Assembly: GCA_051362555.1 (NCBI GenBank)
Contig: CM120640.1
Span: 71,856,974-71,920,973 of the forward strand
Length of the DNA stretch: 64,000 nucleotides
Direction: 5' to 3'
Source: Lingula anatina
Taxonomy: Eukaryota; Animalia; Brachiopoda
How positions within the stretch are numbered: the stretch's first letter is position 1; each line of letters opens with the position of its first letter. Made by a program: the position numbers and the translations under genes. Below are positions 1 to 11,715 of the stretch, piece after piece. Below the pieces are notes generated by a model. The model saw only the letters and a list, made by a program, of their open reading frames with translations, had not been told where the DNA came from and did no database searches.

Positions 1-790
1 ACCAGCTGTGTACTGCTGTTCTTGATGCCCAGTGTAATTACCAGCAGTGTACTGCTGTTCTTGATGCCCAGTGTAATTACCAGCTGTGTACTGCTGTTCT
101 TGATGCCCAGTGTAATTACCAGCTGTGTACTGCTGTTCTTGATGCCCAGTGTAATTACCAGCTGTGTACTGCTGTTCTTGATGCCCAGTGTAATTACCAG
201 CTGTGTACTGCTGTTCTTGATGCCCAGTGTAATTACCAGCTGTGTACTGTTGTTCTTGATGCCCAGTGTAATTACCAGCTGTGTACTGCTGTTCTTGATG
301 CCCAGTGTAATTACCGGCTATGTACTGTTGTTCTTGGTGCCCAGTGTAATTACCAGCTGTGTACTGCTGTTCTTGATGCCCAGTGTAATTACCAGCAGTG
401 TACTGTTGTTCTTGATGCCCAGTGTAATTACCAGCTGTGTACTGCTGTTCTTGATACCCAGTGTAATTACCAGCTGTGTACTGCTGTTCTTGATGCCCAG
501 TGTAATTACCAGCTGTGTACTGCTGTTCTTGATGCCCAGTGTAATTACCAGCTGTGTACTGCTGTTCTTGATGCCCAGTGTAATTACCAGCTGTGTACTG
601 CTGTTCTTGATGCCCAGTGTAATTACCAGCTGTGTACTGCTGTTCTTGATGCCCAGTGTAATTACCAGCTGTGTACTGCTGTTCTTGATGCCCAGTGTAA
701 TTACCAGCTGTGTACTGCTGTTCTTGATGCCCAGTGTAATTACCAGCTGTGTACTGCTGTTCTTGATGCCCAGTGTAATTAGCAGCTGTG
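1..790. repeat. 39-bp minisatellite, ~20 copies, running off the window start
   Basis: Unit ACCAGCTGTGTACTGCTGTTCTTGATGCCCAGTGTAATT repeats near-perfectly. It explains ORFs 22..876 and 318..812. Confidence 0.97.
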
Positions 791-1042
791 AAAACTTGGT
801 GTCTATTAACACATGTTGTTACCTTGGTAGATACTACAGTACCAATGACGGTGGTCTGCCATCTGGTAATAAGTAACAGTCAAATATAATATATCATAGC
901 ACACCAAGTATATTTACTAAATGCACATGGTAGGCTGTCACTTGTAGGTTTTAATTATTTCACCCACAGCTGACTGTTGGCTCACTTCACTCCCCTTGCT
1001 TCAATACCCGGCTCATGCTTTCTAACATTGGCCTTCATGTAG

Positions 1043-4000
1043 GACAGGGATGATGCTGAGGTCAGTGAAGATGAAAGTAAAACTGGACAGGAGAAGGAGG
1101 GTGAGAGTGAAAACACTGAGGTGGCAGGAGTAGAAGCTGAAGAATCTGATGACAAAGAAGAAGAGAAGGACAAAGAGGAGAAGGATGAGGCCAGCAAGGT
1201 GGTATGCATGGGCATGCTGTCTTGATTTGACCCCAGACCTAACTTATGCTTCTCAGCTTTATGAAATTTTATTTTCAGGGTTCTAAAAAGTTTTATTTAC
1301 ATATTTTCCAGTAAAGGTTATGAATTACTGTAGATCTATAACACACTAGTATTTCAGTTTTCTTTCAATTATTAACAAAAGAAGTTTTTCATATTTTGTG
1401 CTCAAGCCCCAGTTTCACAAAGAATATAAAAAACTGAAGTTGACTACATTAAGCTTAGTGCCTTATCTATGAAGACAACAGTGTAGCCGTCTCTAAGTGT
1501 TGCACAAAGAGTCTTAAATTCCAGCTTCAAAGTTAGAAAAATTGAAAAGTGCCATTGGACATCTAGTAGTAAAAAAATGTGGACAAACGTAGCAATGTTG
1601 CATTTTAATTTTTATTAAGAAATTCAATAAGTTTCAGTAACCTTCAAAGATATTATAACACAATATGGTGAGTGGCCTTTTAGACTCTATGTGAAACACA
1701 GCTAAGTCCTGCATGGTCTTTGTAACATTGTAAACAAATATTTTAGCCAAAACATACCTAGAATTTTTGTGAAACAGGGGCCAGTTGTTTAGTGAAACAA
1801 TTAGAAATATACAGTGCTCTCAGCTATGAAGTTTAGTTAAGATATTGTTGATATGTGTGCCTGGTGGTGTTTGAAATAGACTATTGTCAAATATCAAATA
1901 ATTATTTCATTCTTTAGGAGGAGGAGAGTGAAAGTGAGACAGATGATAAAAAGGTAGTTTATGCATGGTGAGGTGCATGCACTTTGGTTCTTTCAACTGT
2001 TTGTCCACCATGTGAAAATAGATCATCCAGTCTGTGCTTTAGTACCTGCCAAATCTGTGACATGATGAATATAATGAACATATTGGTCTGCCATGGTGAT
2101 TGTTACATGGACTAACTGTATTTGAACCAACTTCTAAGCTGTTATAAAACATATTGAAGTGTATACTCATATATTTTGATTTATACTTTCTTGCAAAAAC
2201 AAATATTCATTACAGATGTGTGCATATGCATAGATTGGAATCCTAATAGGAGGCTTTTACTTATTGACCCCCACCCCCTTTTAATTGTGTGTAAATATAA
2301 GTTATGTTAGATTGAATATTATATTGTTTTGGGGGGTGGCTGTAGATGCAGTGGAAAAAGTAAGGCTTGTCATGTGCTGCCACCTATGTGTTTGCAGGTG
2401 CTTGAAAACTATGTTTAAACAGTGCAATGGGGGGGGGGGGGGGACAATAAAACAATGAGTTTTGAAGATGTACTGGTGTATCTGTCATTGCATTACCTTT
2501 AACAGCATGCTGATGTACATGTGCAGTATATATGTCACAGGCCAGATCAGTATATATACTCTGCAGATGACAATAGTGCATTTGGCACAGTGTAGTACAT
2601 ATACACTGCAGATGAAAACTGTTTACTGCAGACTGTATTAATTGAGAGTCTTGGCATTAATAGATTTGAAAAGATGAAATGCTTTCACAGCGGCAGTGAT
2701 TTTTTTCAGGCCTATGAGCTTAACTTTTGTATGTGCTTATATGAGATTGTAAGGTAGATAAGGTGCTATGTTATTTGTGTTATAATACTCTGCCTGTGGC
2801 ATGAAAACAGTTGAAACATAAGAATTATGTGAAGACAGCTATATATGTACATGTGATATATATCTTCACCCTGATGTCTGGTGGTACATGTAATGATGTC
2901 TGGTGGTACTTGCCATGATGTCTGGTGGTACTTGCCATGGTGTCTGGTGGTACATGTAATGGTGTCTGGTGGTACTTGTAATGATGTCTGGTGGTACATG
3001 TAATAATGTCTGGTGGTACTTGCCATGGTGTCTGGTGGTACTTGCCATGATGTATGGTGGTACTTGCCATGGTGTCTGGTGGTACATGTAATGATGTCTG
3101 GTGGTACATGTAATGATGTCTGGTGGTACTTGCCATGGTGTCTGGTGGTACATGTCATGGTGTCTGGTGGTATGTGCCATGGTGTCTGGTGGTACATGTA
3201 ATGGTGTCTGGTGGTACGTGTCATGGTGTCTGTTGGTACGTGCCATGGTATGTGATGGTACATGTAATGGTGTCTGGTGGTATGTGCCATGGTGTCTGGT
3301 GGTACATGTAATGGTGTCTGGTGATACATGTCTTGGTATTTGGTGGTACATGTCATGGTGTCTGATGGTATGTGCCATGGTGTCTGTTGGAACATGTAAT
3401 GGTGTCTGGTGGTACTTGTAATGGTGTCTGGTGGTACTTGTCATGGTGTCTGGTGGTAAATGTCATGGTGTTTGGTGGTACGTGCCATGGTGTCTGGTGG
3501 TACATGTCATGGTGTCTGGTGCTATGTGCCATGGTGTCTGGTGGTACGTGCCATGGTGTCTGGTGGAACATGTCATGGTGTCTGGTGGTTCGTGCCATGG
3601 TGTCTGGTGGAACATGTCATGGTGTCTGGTGGTACGTGCCATGGTGTGTGATGGTACATGTAATGGTGTCTGGTGGTATGTGCCATGGTGTCTAGTGGTA
3701 CATGTAATGATGTCTGGTGGTACTTGCCATGGTGTCTGATGGTACATGTCATTGCGTCTGGTGGTACGTGTCATGGTATGTGATGGTACATGTCATGGTG
3801 TCTGGTGGTATGTGCCATGGTGTCTGGTGGTACATGTCATGGTGTCTGGTGGTACATGTCATGGTGTCTGGTGGTACATGTGGTGTCTGGTGGTACATGT
3901 CATGGTGTCTGGTGGTACTTGTCATGGTGTCTGGTGGTACTTGTCATGGGGTCTGGTGGTACATGTCATGGAGTCTGGTGGTACATGTAATAATGTCTTG

Positions 4001-7000
4001 TGGTACATGTCATGGTGTCTGGTGGTACTTGTCATGGTGTCAGGTGGTATGTGCCATGGTGTCTAGTGGTACATGTAATGATGTCTGGTGGTACTTGCCA
4101 TGGTGTCTGGTGGTACATGTCATTGCGTCTGGTGGTACGTGTCATGGTATGTGATGGTACATGTCATGGTGTCTGGTGGTATGTGCCATGGTGTCTGGTG
4201 GTACATGTCATGGTGTCTGGTGGTACATGTGGTGTCTGGTGGTACATGTCATGGTGTCTGGTGGTACTTGTCATGGTGTCTGGTGGTACTTGTCATGGGG
4301 TCTGGTGGTACATGTCATGGAGTCTGGTGGTACTTGTCATGGTGTCAGGTGGTACATGTCATTGCGTCTGGTGGTACGTGTCATGGTATGTGATGGTACA
4401 TGTCATGGTGTCTGGTGGTATGTGCCATGGTGTCTGGTGGTACATGTCATGATGTCTGGTGGTACATGTCATGGTGTCTGGTGGTACATGTGGTGTCTGG
4501 TGGTACATGTCATGGTGTCTGGTGGTACTTGTCATGGTGTCTGGTGGTACTTGTCATGGGGTCTGGTGGTACATGTCATGGAGTCTGGTGGTACATGTAA
4601 TAATGTCTTGTGGTACATGTCATGGTGTCTGGTGGTACTTGTCATGGTGTCAGGTGGTACTTGTCATGGTGTCTGGTGGTACATGTCATGGTGTCTGGTG
4701 GTACATGTCATGGTGTCTGGTGGTACATGTCATGGTGTCTGGTGGTACATGTCATGGGGTCTGGTGGTACATGTCATGGAGTCTGGTGGTACATGTAATA
4801 ATGTCTTGTGGTACATGTCATGGTGTCTGGTGGTACTTGTCATGGTGTCAGGTGGTACATGTCATTGCGTCTGGTGGTACGTGTCATGGTATGTGATGGT
4901 ACATGTCATGGTGTCTGGTGGTATGTGCCATGGTGTCTGGTGGTACATGTCATGATGTCTGGTGGTACATGTCATGGTGTCTGGTGGTACATGTGGTGTC
5001 TGGTGGTACATGTCATGGTGTCTGGTGGTACTTGTCATGGTGTCTGGTGGTACATGTCATGGAGTCTGGTGGTACATGTAATAATGTCTTGTGGTACATG
5101 TCATGGTGTCTGGTGGTATTTGTCATGGTGTCAGGTGGTACATGTCATTGCGTCTGGTGGTACGTGTCATGGTATGTGATGGTACATGTCATGGTGTCTG
5201 GTGGTATGTGCCATGGTATTGGTGTCTGTTGGTACATGTCATGATGTCTGATGGTACATGTCATGGTGTCTGGTGGTACATGTGGTGTCTGGTGGTACAT
5301 GTCATGGTGTCTGGTGGTACTTGTCATGGTGTCTGGTGGTACTTGTCATGGGGTCTGGTGGTACATGTCATGGAGTCTGGTGGTACATGTAATAATGTCT
5401 TGTGGTACATGTCATGGTGTCTGGTGGTACTTGTCATGGTGTCAGGTGGTACTTGTCATGGTGTCTGGTGGTACATGTCATGGTGTCTGGTGGTACATGT
5501 CATGGTGTCTGGTGGTACATGACATGGTGTCTGGTGGTATGTGCCATGGTGTGTGATGGTAGATGTCATGGTGTCTGGTGGTACATGTACCTTTGCTGAT
5601 CCCATATCTGATTTTTTAGGGTGATGACAAAGAAGAAGAGGAAGAAGCTTCTTTCACAATCAATTTTGACAGCACTGTTGATGTATGTAGAGAAGTGCAT
5701 GAGGTTGTGGTTGCTGTTAGTTTGTTCCAGGATCAGGAACAAGTGTTCATGATTTGCTTAGTGACAGGTTCAAATGAACTTATAGCATGTGTTTGTTAAT
5801 TGCAATTATCACTCATTTTGTTTTTCATATCTGTTAACAATAGAACACTTACTGTATTTAGTGCTGCATTTGTTACCCTCAGGCCTGGTTGTGATTTTGA
5901 CATATGGATACTACAATAATTTTGAAAATTGCTTTAAATTAATTGCAAACCCTCTTAAATATGAGGATTTTTAGGTTACAATATAACCAGTAATTGATTA
6001 ATTTTCTTGTTGGCAAATTTTTCGTAATCATCCCAGTAGATTGTTATATTTGTACAGCAGTGGTGTTCTCTGTCTGTGCATCTATATTTGTACAGCATTG
6101 GAGTTCTCTGTCTGTTCATCTATATTTGTACAGCAGTGGAGTTCTCTGTCTGTTCATCTATATTTGTGGACACAAGTATATTTGGCTGTTACCAAGAGCC
6201 CTTTGACAATTTCATTAAAACCACCTACAGGAATTCCAACATACAGTAGAACACTTTCATATTCTGAGTATTTCAGCTAAACCACCTACAGGATTTCCAA
6301 CATACTGTGGAACACTTTCATATTCTGAGTATTTCAGCTAAACCACCTACAGGAATTCCAACATACAGTAGTTCACTTATTTCCACAAACATGCAATTTT
6401 TGATAATACCCACAACTTTTAATAGGCTGTTAGGAGAAGGCCCAAGTGGATTTATTAGATCAAAGAGGCATTGAGTTAATTCATGGGGAAAATCCTTTTA
6501 GAAAAAACATGCTATTTCTAATACAGTGTGTGACTTATGATACAAGGACCTATTCATTCTATGTCATAGTTTATTGCACTCTATTGAAATAACCTTTAAC
6601 TTCAGTCCACTGACACACCATGTCAGTTAATGTGGGTTTGCAACTCATTCATGTAATTCAGTTTTCCTACTGAGGTGTTATTAGAGGTTTACTAATCATA
6701 CCAAGTGGTAGTTCTAGAGTGTTTTTGGAACTATTTGTGTGGTAAGTCTAGTATAATGTTCAGTGTATAAGAATATATATATATATATAAATATTGATGT
6801 GTAACATGAGGCCTTAAGCGTATAAAATTGAATATTATGACCACCCAAATTTTAAAGCTTTCATGAATATACGTAGATAATTTATTACTAATAGCTCTCC
6901 TTATTTTGTTTACAGAAGGTCTTTCCAATGCACTGATATATATTCACACCTTTAAAAGTTATATCTTGGGCACATAAGCAAAAAAATCTTTCTTATCGCC

Positions 7001-7396
7001 AATAATCTTGGTCTTGTTTTTTTTTAACCAAAACTTAAGAGATTTAAATTTTCTGTCTAGATATTTCTTTTCACCCTTTTCTGTGTTTAACTCGGGACAA
7101 AAATTCTGAGGTTCTCCTGCTGATGTCAGTTGAACTGGGATTACAGCCTGGTGTTGTTTGAAAGTATAAAGTATGATAATAATCTGATATTCTGTGTGTA
7201 GAAAGAAGAAAATGAGGATGAGGAGGGACCAAAGGAGAAGTCTGAAGATGACAAATCTGCTGAGGATGAGGAGGAGGACAAAGATAAATCTGAAGGAGGA
7301 TCTGAGGAGGAAAAGGAAGATAAAAAGTTATCAGAAGAAGAGGAATCCGATGAGGAGTCTGAAGAAGAAAAGCCCAGGAGTGGTGGATTGTTTTAA
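1043..7396 (+). CDS. 3' exons of an unidentified Glu/Asp/Lys-rich low-complexity protein; 5' part lies outside the window
   Basis: AG/GT-bounded phase-0 exons: 1043-1198 (DRDDAEVSEDESK...DEASK), 1918-1953 (EEESESETDDKK), 5620-5682 (GDDKEEEEEASFTINFDSTVD) and 7202-7396 (KEENEDEEG...KPRSGGLF*). Further candidate exons at 8658-8680, 8970-8999 (TSVEDEIKSE, gtaagt donor) and ~9726-9780 suggest an alternative 3' end that I could not resolve. Confidence 0.65.
1406..1781. mobile_element. PIF/Harbinger-like MITE
   Basis: TIR GCCCCAGTTTCACAAA ... TTTGTGAAACAGGGGC. The flanks CAA/CAG resemble a 3-bp CWG TSD. Non-coding. Confidence 0.6.
2875..5590. repeat. 22-bp intronic minisatellite (~120 copies) with higher-order blocks
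   Basis: Unit GTCTGGTGGTACATGTCATGGT. A variant block containing GTCATTGCGTCTGG recurs near 3748, 4119, 4358, 4861 and 5144. Confidence 0.97.
6045..6372. repeat. Two short tandem arrays (~39-bp x3 and 60-bp x2.5)
   Basis: TATATTTGTACAGCAG units at 6045-6170; AAACCACCTACAGGA units spaced 60 bp apart at ~6220-6370. Confidence 0.8.
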
Positions 7397-7649
7397 CAGC
7401 ATAGTGAGTTCTCATGTCATGATATGTGATGTGCTTAGACTTCATGAAGAACTTCTAACACTGTTCAGGAAGACCTTGTGGCAGAGAGCTCTTACAGCAT
7501 GATAAGCTTAGACTTAAAATGGAACTTACAACAGTATTCATTTAAAAGCGTGGCAGTGAACTCTTGTGTCATGGTGTGTTTAAGAGTTCAGGAGGAACTG
7601 CTGTCATGAGTTTCCATTGGTTGCACGTCATGAAAAACGTGTCACTGAT

Positions 7650-8220
7650 ATCCTACAGCATGATGTGATTAGAGTACATGAAAAACTTGTGTCAGTGAGC
7701 TCTTACAGCATGATGTGATTAGAATTCATGAAGAACTGGTGTCAGTGAGCTCTTACAGCATGATGTGATTAGAATTCATGAAGAACTGGTGTCAGTGAGC
7801 TCTTACAGCATGATGAGATTAGAGTACATGAAGAACTGGTGTCAGTGAGCTCTTATAGCATGATATGATTAGAATTCATGAAGAACTGGTGTCAGTGAGC
7901 TCTTACAGCATGATGTGATTAGAGTACATGAAGAACTGGTGTCAGTGAGCTCTTACAGCATGATGAGATTAGAGTACATGAAGAACTGGTGTCAGTGAGC
8001 TCTTACAGCATGACAGGGGCGGATTTAGGCCGTCTTCTGGGTCTTCCGGAAGACGGTCAGATTTTCAAGTTAACATTGTCAGGCATCTAATGTTTTCTAT
8101 CGGAAGACGGTCAAAAATGGAGGATGGATTAACAAAGATAATGTGGAAGACTGTCAGAAAATATATCTGGATCCGCCCCTGCATGATGTGATTAGAGTAC
8201 ATGAAGAACTGGTGTCAGTA
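7650..8220. repeat. 50-bp minisatellite interrupted by a MITE
   Basis: Unit TCTTACAGCATGATGTGATTAGAATTCATGAAGAACTGGTGTCAGTGAGC at 7701, 7751, 7801 and onward. The array resumes after 8181. Confidence 0.93.
8014..8181. mobile_element. 168-bp MITE with 5-bp TSD (hAT5-like)
   Basis: TIR CAGGGGCGGAT...ATCCGCCCCTG. TSD CATGA at 8009-8013 and 8182-8186. Neighbouring satellite units show the empty site. Confidence 0.88.
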
Positions 8221-9074
8221 TAAGCTTTATTGAGAAGTTGATATAACATAATCATCCAAATGTGAGTGGGGTATTGTGCAACAACTTGATATAAAATAAT
8301 CAGCGAAATGTTAGTGGAGTATTGTGCAGCATGTTGATATAACATAATCAGCATTGTGTCAGTGCAGTTTGATATAACATAGCATTTTAAGGCAGAATGA
8401 AAAAGTTGAATTGATTATCAAAGGAAGTTTGCTTGTAATTGTTTACATTTTCAGAGTAGCCATGAAGTTGATTATAGCATATTATATCAGATGAACATGT
8501 CTGTAATTGTTGTTTAGCACTGGTTGCAGCATTTCAAGTCATATGGAAGATTTATAAATTCTCAAATAAGAAGAGGCTAAATAGCATCACTTTTACTTTC
8601 AATTAGTTTATATTGATGTATTTAGAATACTTCTATATATAACTTTAATTCTTCAGGAATCAGCACTCAGCATGGCAAGGTTCACATGGAAGTAGCACAC
8701 TGTTTTACAGGTCATATTGAGAATGGAACTTAAGTTTTTGTTGTATTTTAATGTCTCATCCTACTGCATACTTTATACTCTCAATTTCATGTGGAATAGT
8801 TTCAGTTTCATGTGGAATGGTCAAAATGACTTCAACCGTGTTGTTGCTGAGCACTGTAAAGTGCAAGGTGGTGATTGATGATCATGATGACTGCCCAAAT
8901 GCAGTTGGAGGGGGAGACTTAAGTATGGTTATTGTCATAATTCACTAATTCTTAATATTTTTGTTTCAGACATCAGTTGAAGACGAAATAAAGTCAGAGG
9001 TAAGTGATATGGTGATGTACTTGTATGATTTTGTGATCCAAGACAAGCATGCACATGCATGCACGTAGAGAGAT

Positions 9075-9495
9075 GTTGTAATTGTGATGGATGCTACAGC
9101 TGGTTGTGTTAGTTTTGAATACTGATTGTGTTACTTGTAAATAGTAATTGTGTTGTAATTGTGCTGTATACAGCTGCTTTTGTTAGTTGTGAATACTGAT
9201 TGTGTTACTTGTAAATAGTGATCGTGTTGTAATTGTGCTGTATACAGCTGCTTGAATTAGTTGTGAATACTGATTGTGTTAGTTGTAAATAGTGATTGTG
9301 TTGTAATTGTGCTGTATACAGCTGCTTGTGTTAGTTGTGAATACTGATTGTGTTACTTGTAAATAGTGATTGTGTTGTAATTGTGCTGTATACAGCTGCT
9401 TTTGTTAGTTGTGAATACTGATTGTGTTACTTGTAAATAGTGATTGTGTTGTAATTGTGCTGTATACAGCTGATTGTGTTAGTTGTGATTGCTTA
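9075..9495. repeat. 74-bp minisatellite, ~5.5 copies
   Basis: CAGCTG anchor at 9171, 9245 and onward with period 74. Confidence 0.9.
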
Positions 9496-10476
9496 TTACA
9501 TTGGATGAAAGTTTTTAAAGATTAAGCCCCCATTACAGAACTGGAGGACTATTTGGTAATTTTTGCTGATGAGAATTAAATGGTTTACACATGACAAATA
9601 TAAAGGGCTGTTGTGCATGTTTTCTGTAAGTAGATAGAACTGAGTGTTTGATTTATTGATTTATAAAAAAAAAGTAGGATATATATATTTCAGGTGTACT
9701 TGTACATTATATGTGTATCTTTTAGGATTGAAGATGACCTGGTGAAGAATTCCTTTGTATATGATGAGTTGAAGGCATGACCCAATCTTTTGTACATACA
9801 GTATTAGGATGGCTTCTCACCAGGAAACCAGTGTTCCAAGTGCTCCTCTTTACAATGCAACAGGCTGTGACCTGACTTATTACTGGAGTCAGAAACCTGA
9901 ACTTCAGGCAGAACTGAGATTTACAAAAGAAAATTTAAAATTAAACGAGACTTACCTTGGTTAAGTCGATGTTTGATTGTAATTCTGTGAGTGTAAAAAT
10001 GAGGGAGGGCTTAAATGAGATATGCTTGCGCATGCGTACTCAGCCTTTAAAGCTTGATGTTTTCACATTTTTTTTTTTTAAAGAACATTTTTATTTATTT
10101 ATCTATTAGTAGTATTATGAAATATATATATATATATTTATATCTGTGAGCTGATTACATTGGAATTATATTACTGAGTAAGCTGGGTGGGGAGGGTGGC
10201 ATTTAAGCCCTCCCTCATTTTTACACTCACAGAATTACAATCAAACATCGACTTAACCAAGGTAAGTCTCGTTTAATTTTAAATTCTATTTCGTATAAAA
10301 ATATCGGTCAGTCTTAAATGAGACTTTAAAGTAAAATGTGACAAACATCAATAAACCAGTATTCAATGGCCTTTATTTCAGCTTAAAATATCGTTTAGAA
10401 CAGTTTCAACAAATCATCAACAGATACTCATGTAAACCTATACATGCCAGTATATACTAGTATATGAAAATGCTCA

Positions 10477-11715
10477 TTACTTCCTTTTTAAAACTCCATA
10501 TTCAAATGTGGTAGCTTTATCCTCAATTTGTTTCTCATAGAATTTTGCAAATGTTTTTTCAGTACTCCAACCAGCTTTGTTCAAAATATCTGTCACTGGC
10601 ACAGAATTCATTTTTGCCTTTGAAACAGCAGCAGCTCTCACACTGTGAGCACCAAATAAAGTAGTGTCTATTCCCGATTTTGTCATTACAACTTTGATCC
10701 ATCTAGAAATCGTATCTCTTTGAACAGGTTTATAAGGTTTCATATAACTTATAAGCAAATTTTTATCAACATTATGCCTACGCAATGTCTTTGTACGAGC
10801 TATATACTCTTTTAAAACAGTATAAACACACAACCTCCTATCTGGAGGGTAAGCTTTAAACACAATATGTGATGAATTACAACCTGGTCTACTTTGCTTC
10901 AGTAAACCACATAACTGAAACACAAACTCTGAACTCAACTTTTTCATATCAACAACAGAAATTAAATGCAATGTTTGTACACGTGTGGCATTAATTAATG
11001 CCATGAGCATTGTAAGTTTTAAAGTCAGATCCTTCAAAGTCAAGTGCTTTACTGGTGAAAGTTTCCTTAAGAAAACCAGAACTTTATTAACATCCCAAAT
11101 TTGAGCATAACGTTGTCTTGGTGGCCTCAAATTATAAATGCCTTTCATATATCTTATCACCAATGGATGACTCCCTGCTGAAACTCCATCAATTTGAATA
11201 CCCATTGATGAAATAGCACCTCTTGCTGTATTTAAACTGTCATAAGCTAAGCCATCATTAAACTGTTTTGTAAGAAATTCTATCACCTCTTCCACATGTG
11301 GTGAAATTGAATTAATTTTCCTTTCACCACAGTATTTGAACCAGCGTTTAATGAACACGTTGTATTGTTTCTTTGTTCCTGTACGCCAAGATGACATAAG
11401 TATGTGGGTTGATTGCTCAGAAAGGCCTCGTTCTCTAAACTGTTCCCTGATACTTTGCATACAATGAGTTTCAACTTGTCCATAAGAGGATGTTCCACTG
11501 GGAGCTTGTTCCCTGGTAAAGTTAGCAGACCTTTTTTCTTTTGAATGACTATTGGGTTTTCCACAAGTAATTCCATCAACTTTGCAAACCATATCTGTGT
11601 TGGCCATACAGGAGCCACTATAATACCCCTGGCTTTGTCTTTGCGAATCTTCTGGATACAATGACCCAGCAAACTGAAAGGTGGAAACAGATAAACATAA
11701 TTCAGTGTTCCCCAA
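10477..11715 (-). CDS. DIRS ORF3 tyrosine recombinase
   Basis: SAM-like SWRTGTKKQY region, then the catalytic set R (ATRVQ), HSVR, AGW and Y (TFAKFY). It overlaps ORF2 by ~430 nt. The start codon is uncertain. Confidence 0.95.
   Translation of the reverse strand: MGNTELCLSVSTFQFAGSLYPEDSQRQSQGYYSGSCMANTDMVCKVDGITCGKPNSHSKEKRSANFTREQAPSGTSSYGQVETHCMQSIREQFRERGLSEQSTHILMSSWRTGTKKQYNVFIKRWFKYCGERKINSISPHVEEVIEFLTKQFNDGLAYDSLNTARGAISSMGIQIDGVSAGSHPLVIRYMKGIYNLRPPRQRYAQIWDVNKVLVFLRKLSPVKHLTLKDLTLKLTMLMALINATRVQTLHLISVVDMKKLSSEFVFQLCGLLKQSRPGCNSSHIVFKAYPPDRRLCVYTVLKEYIARTKTLRRHNVDKNLLISYMKPYKPVQRDTISRWIKVVMTKSGIDTTLFGAHSVRAAAVSKAKMNSVPVTDILNKAGWSTEKTFAKFYEKQIEDKATTFEYGVLKRK

Noticed and set aside
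22-5599. Many long ORFs with periodic peptides
   Set aside because: They are translations of the 39-bp and 22-bp minisatellites, open in several frames on both strands and located in introns.
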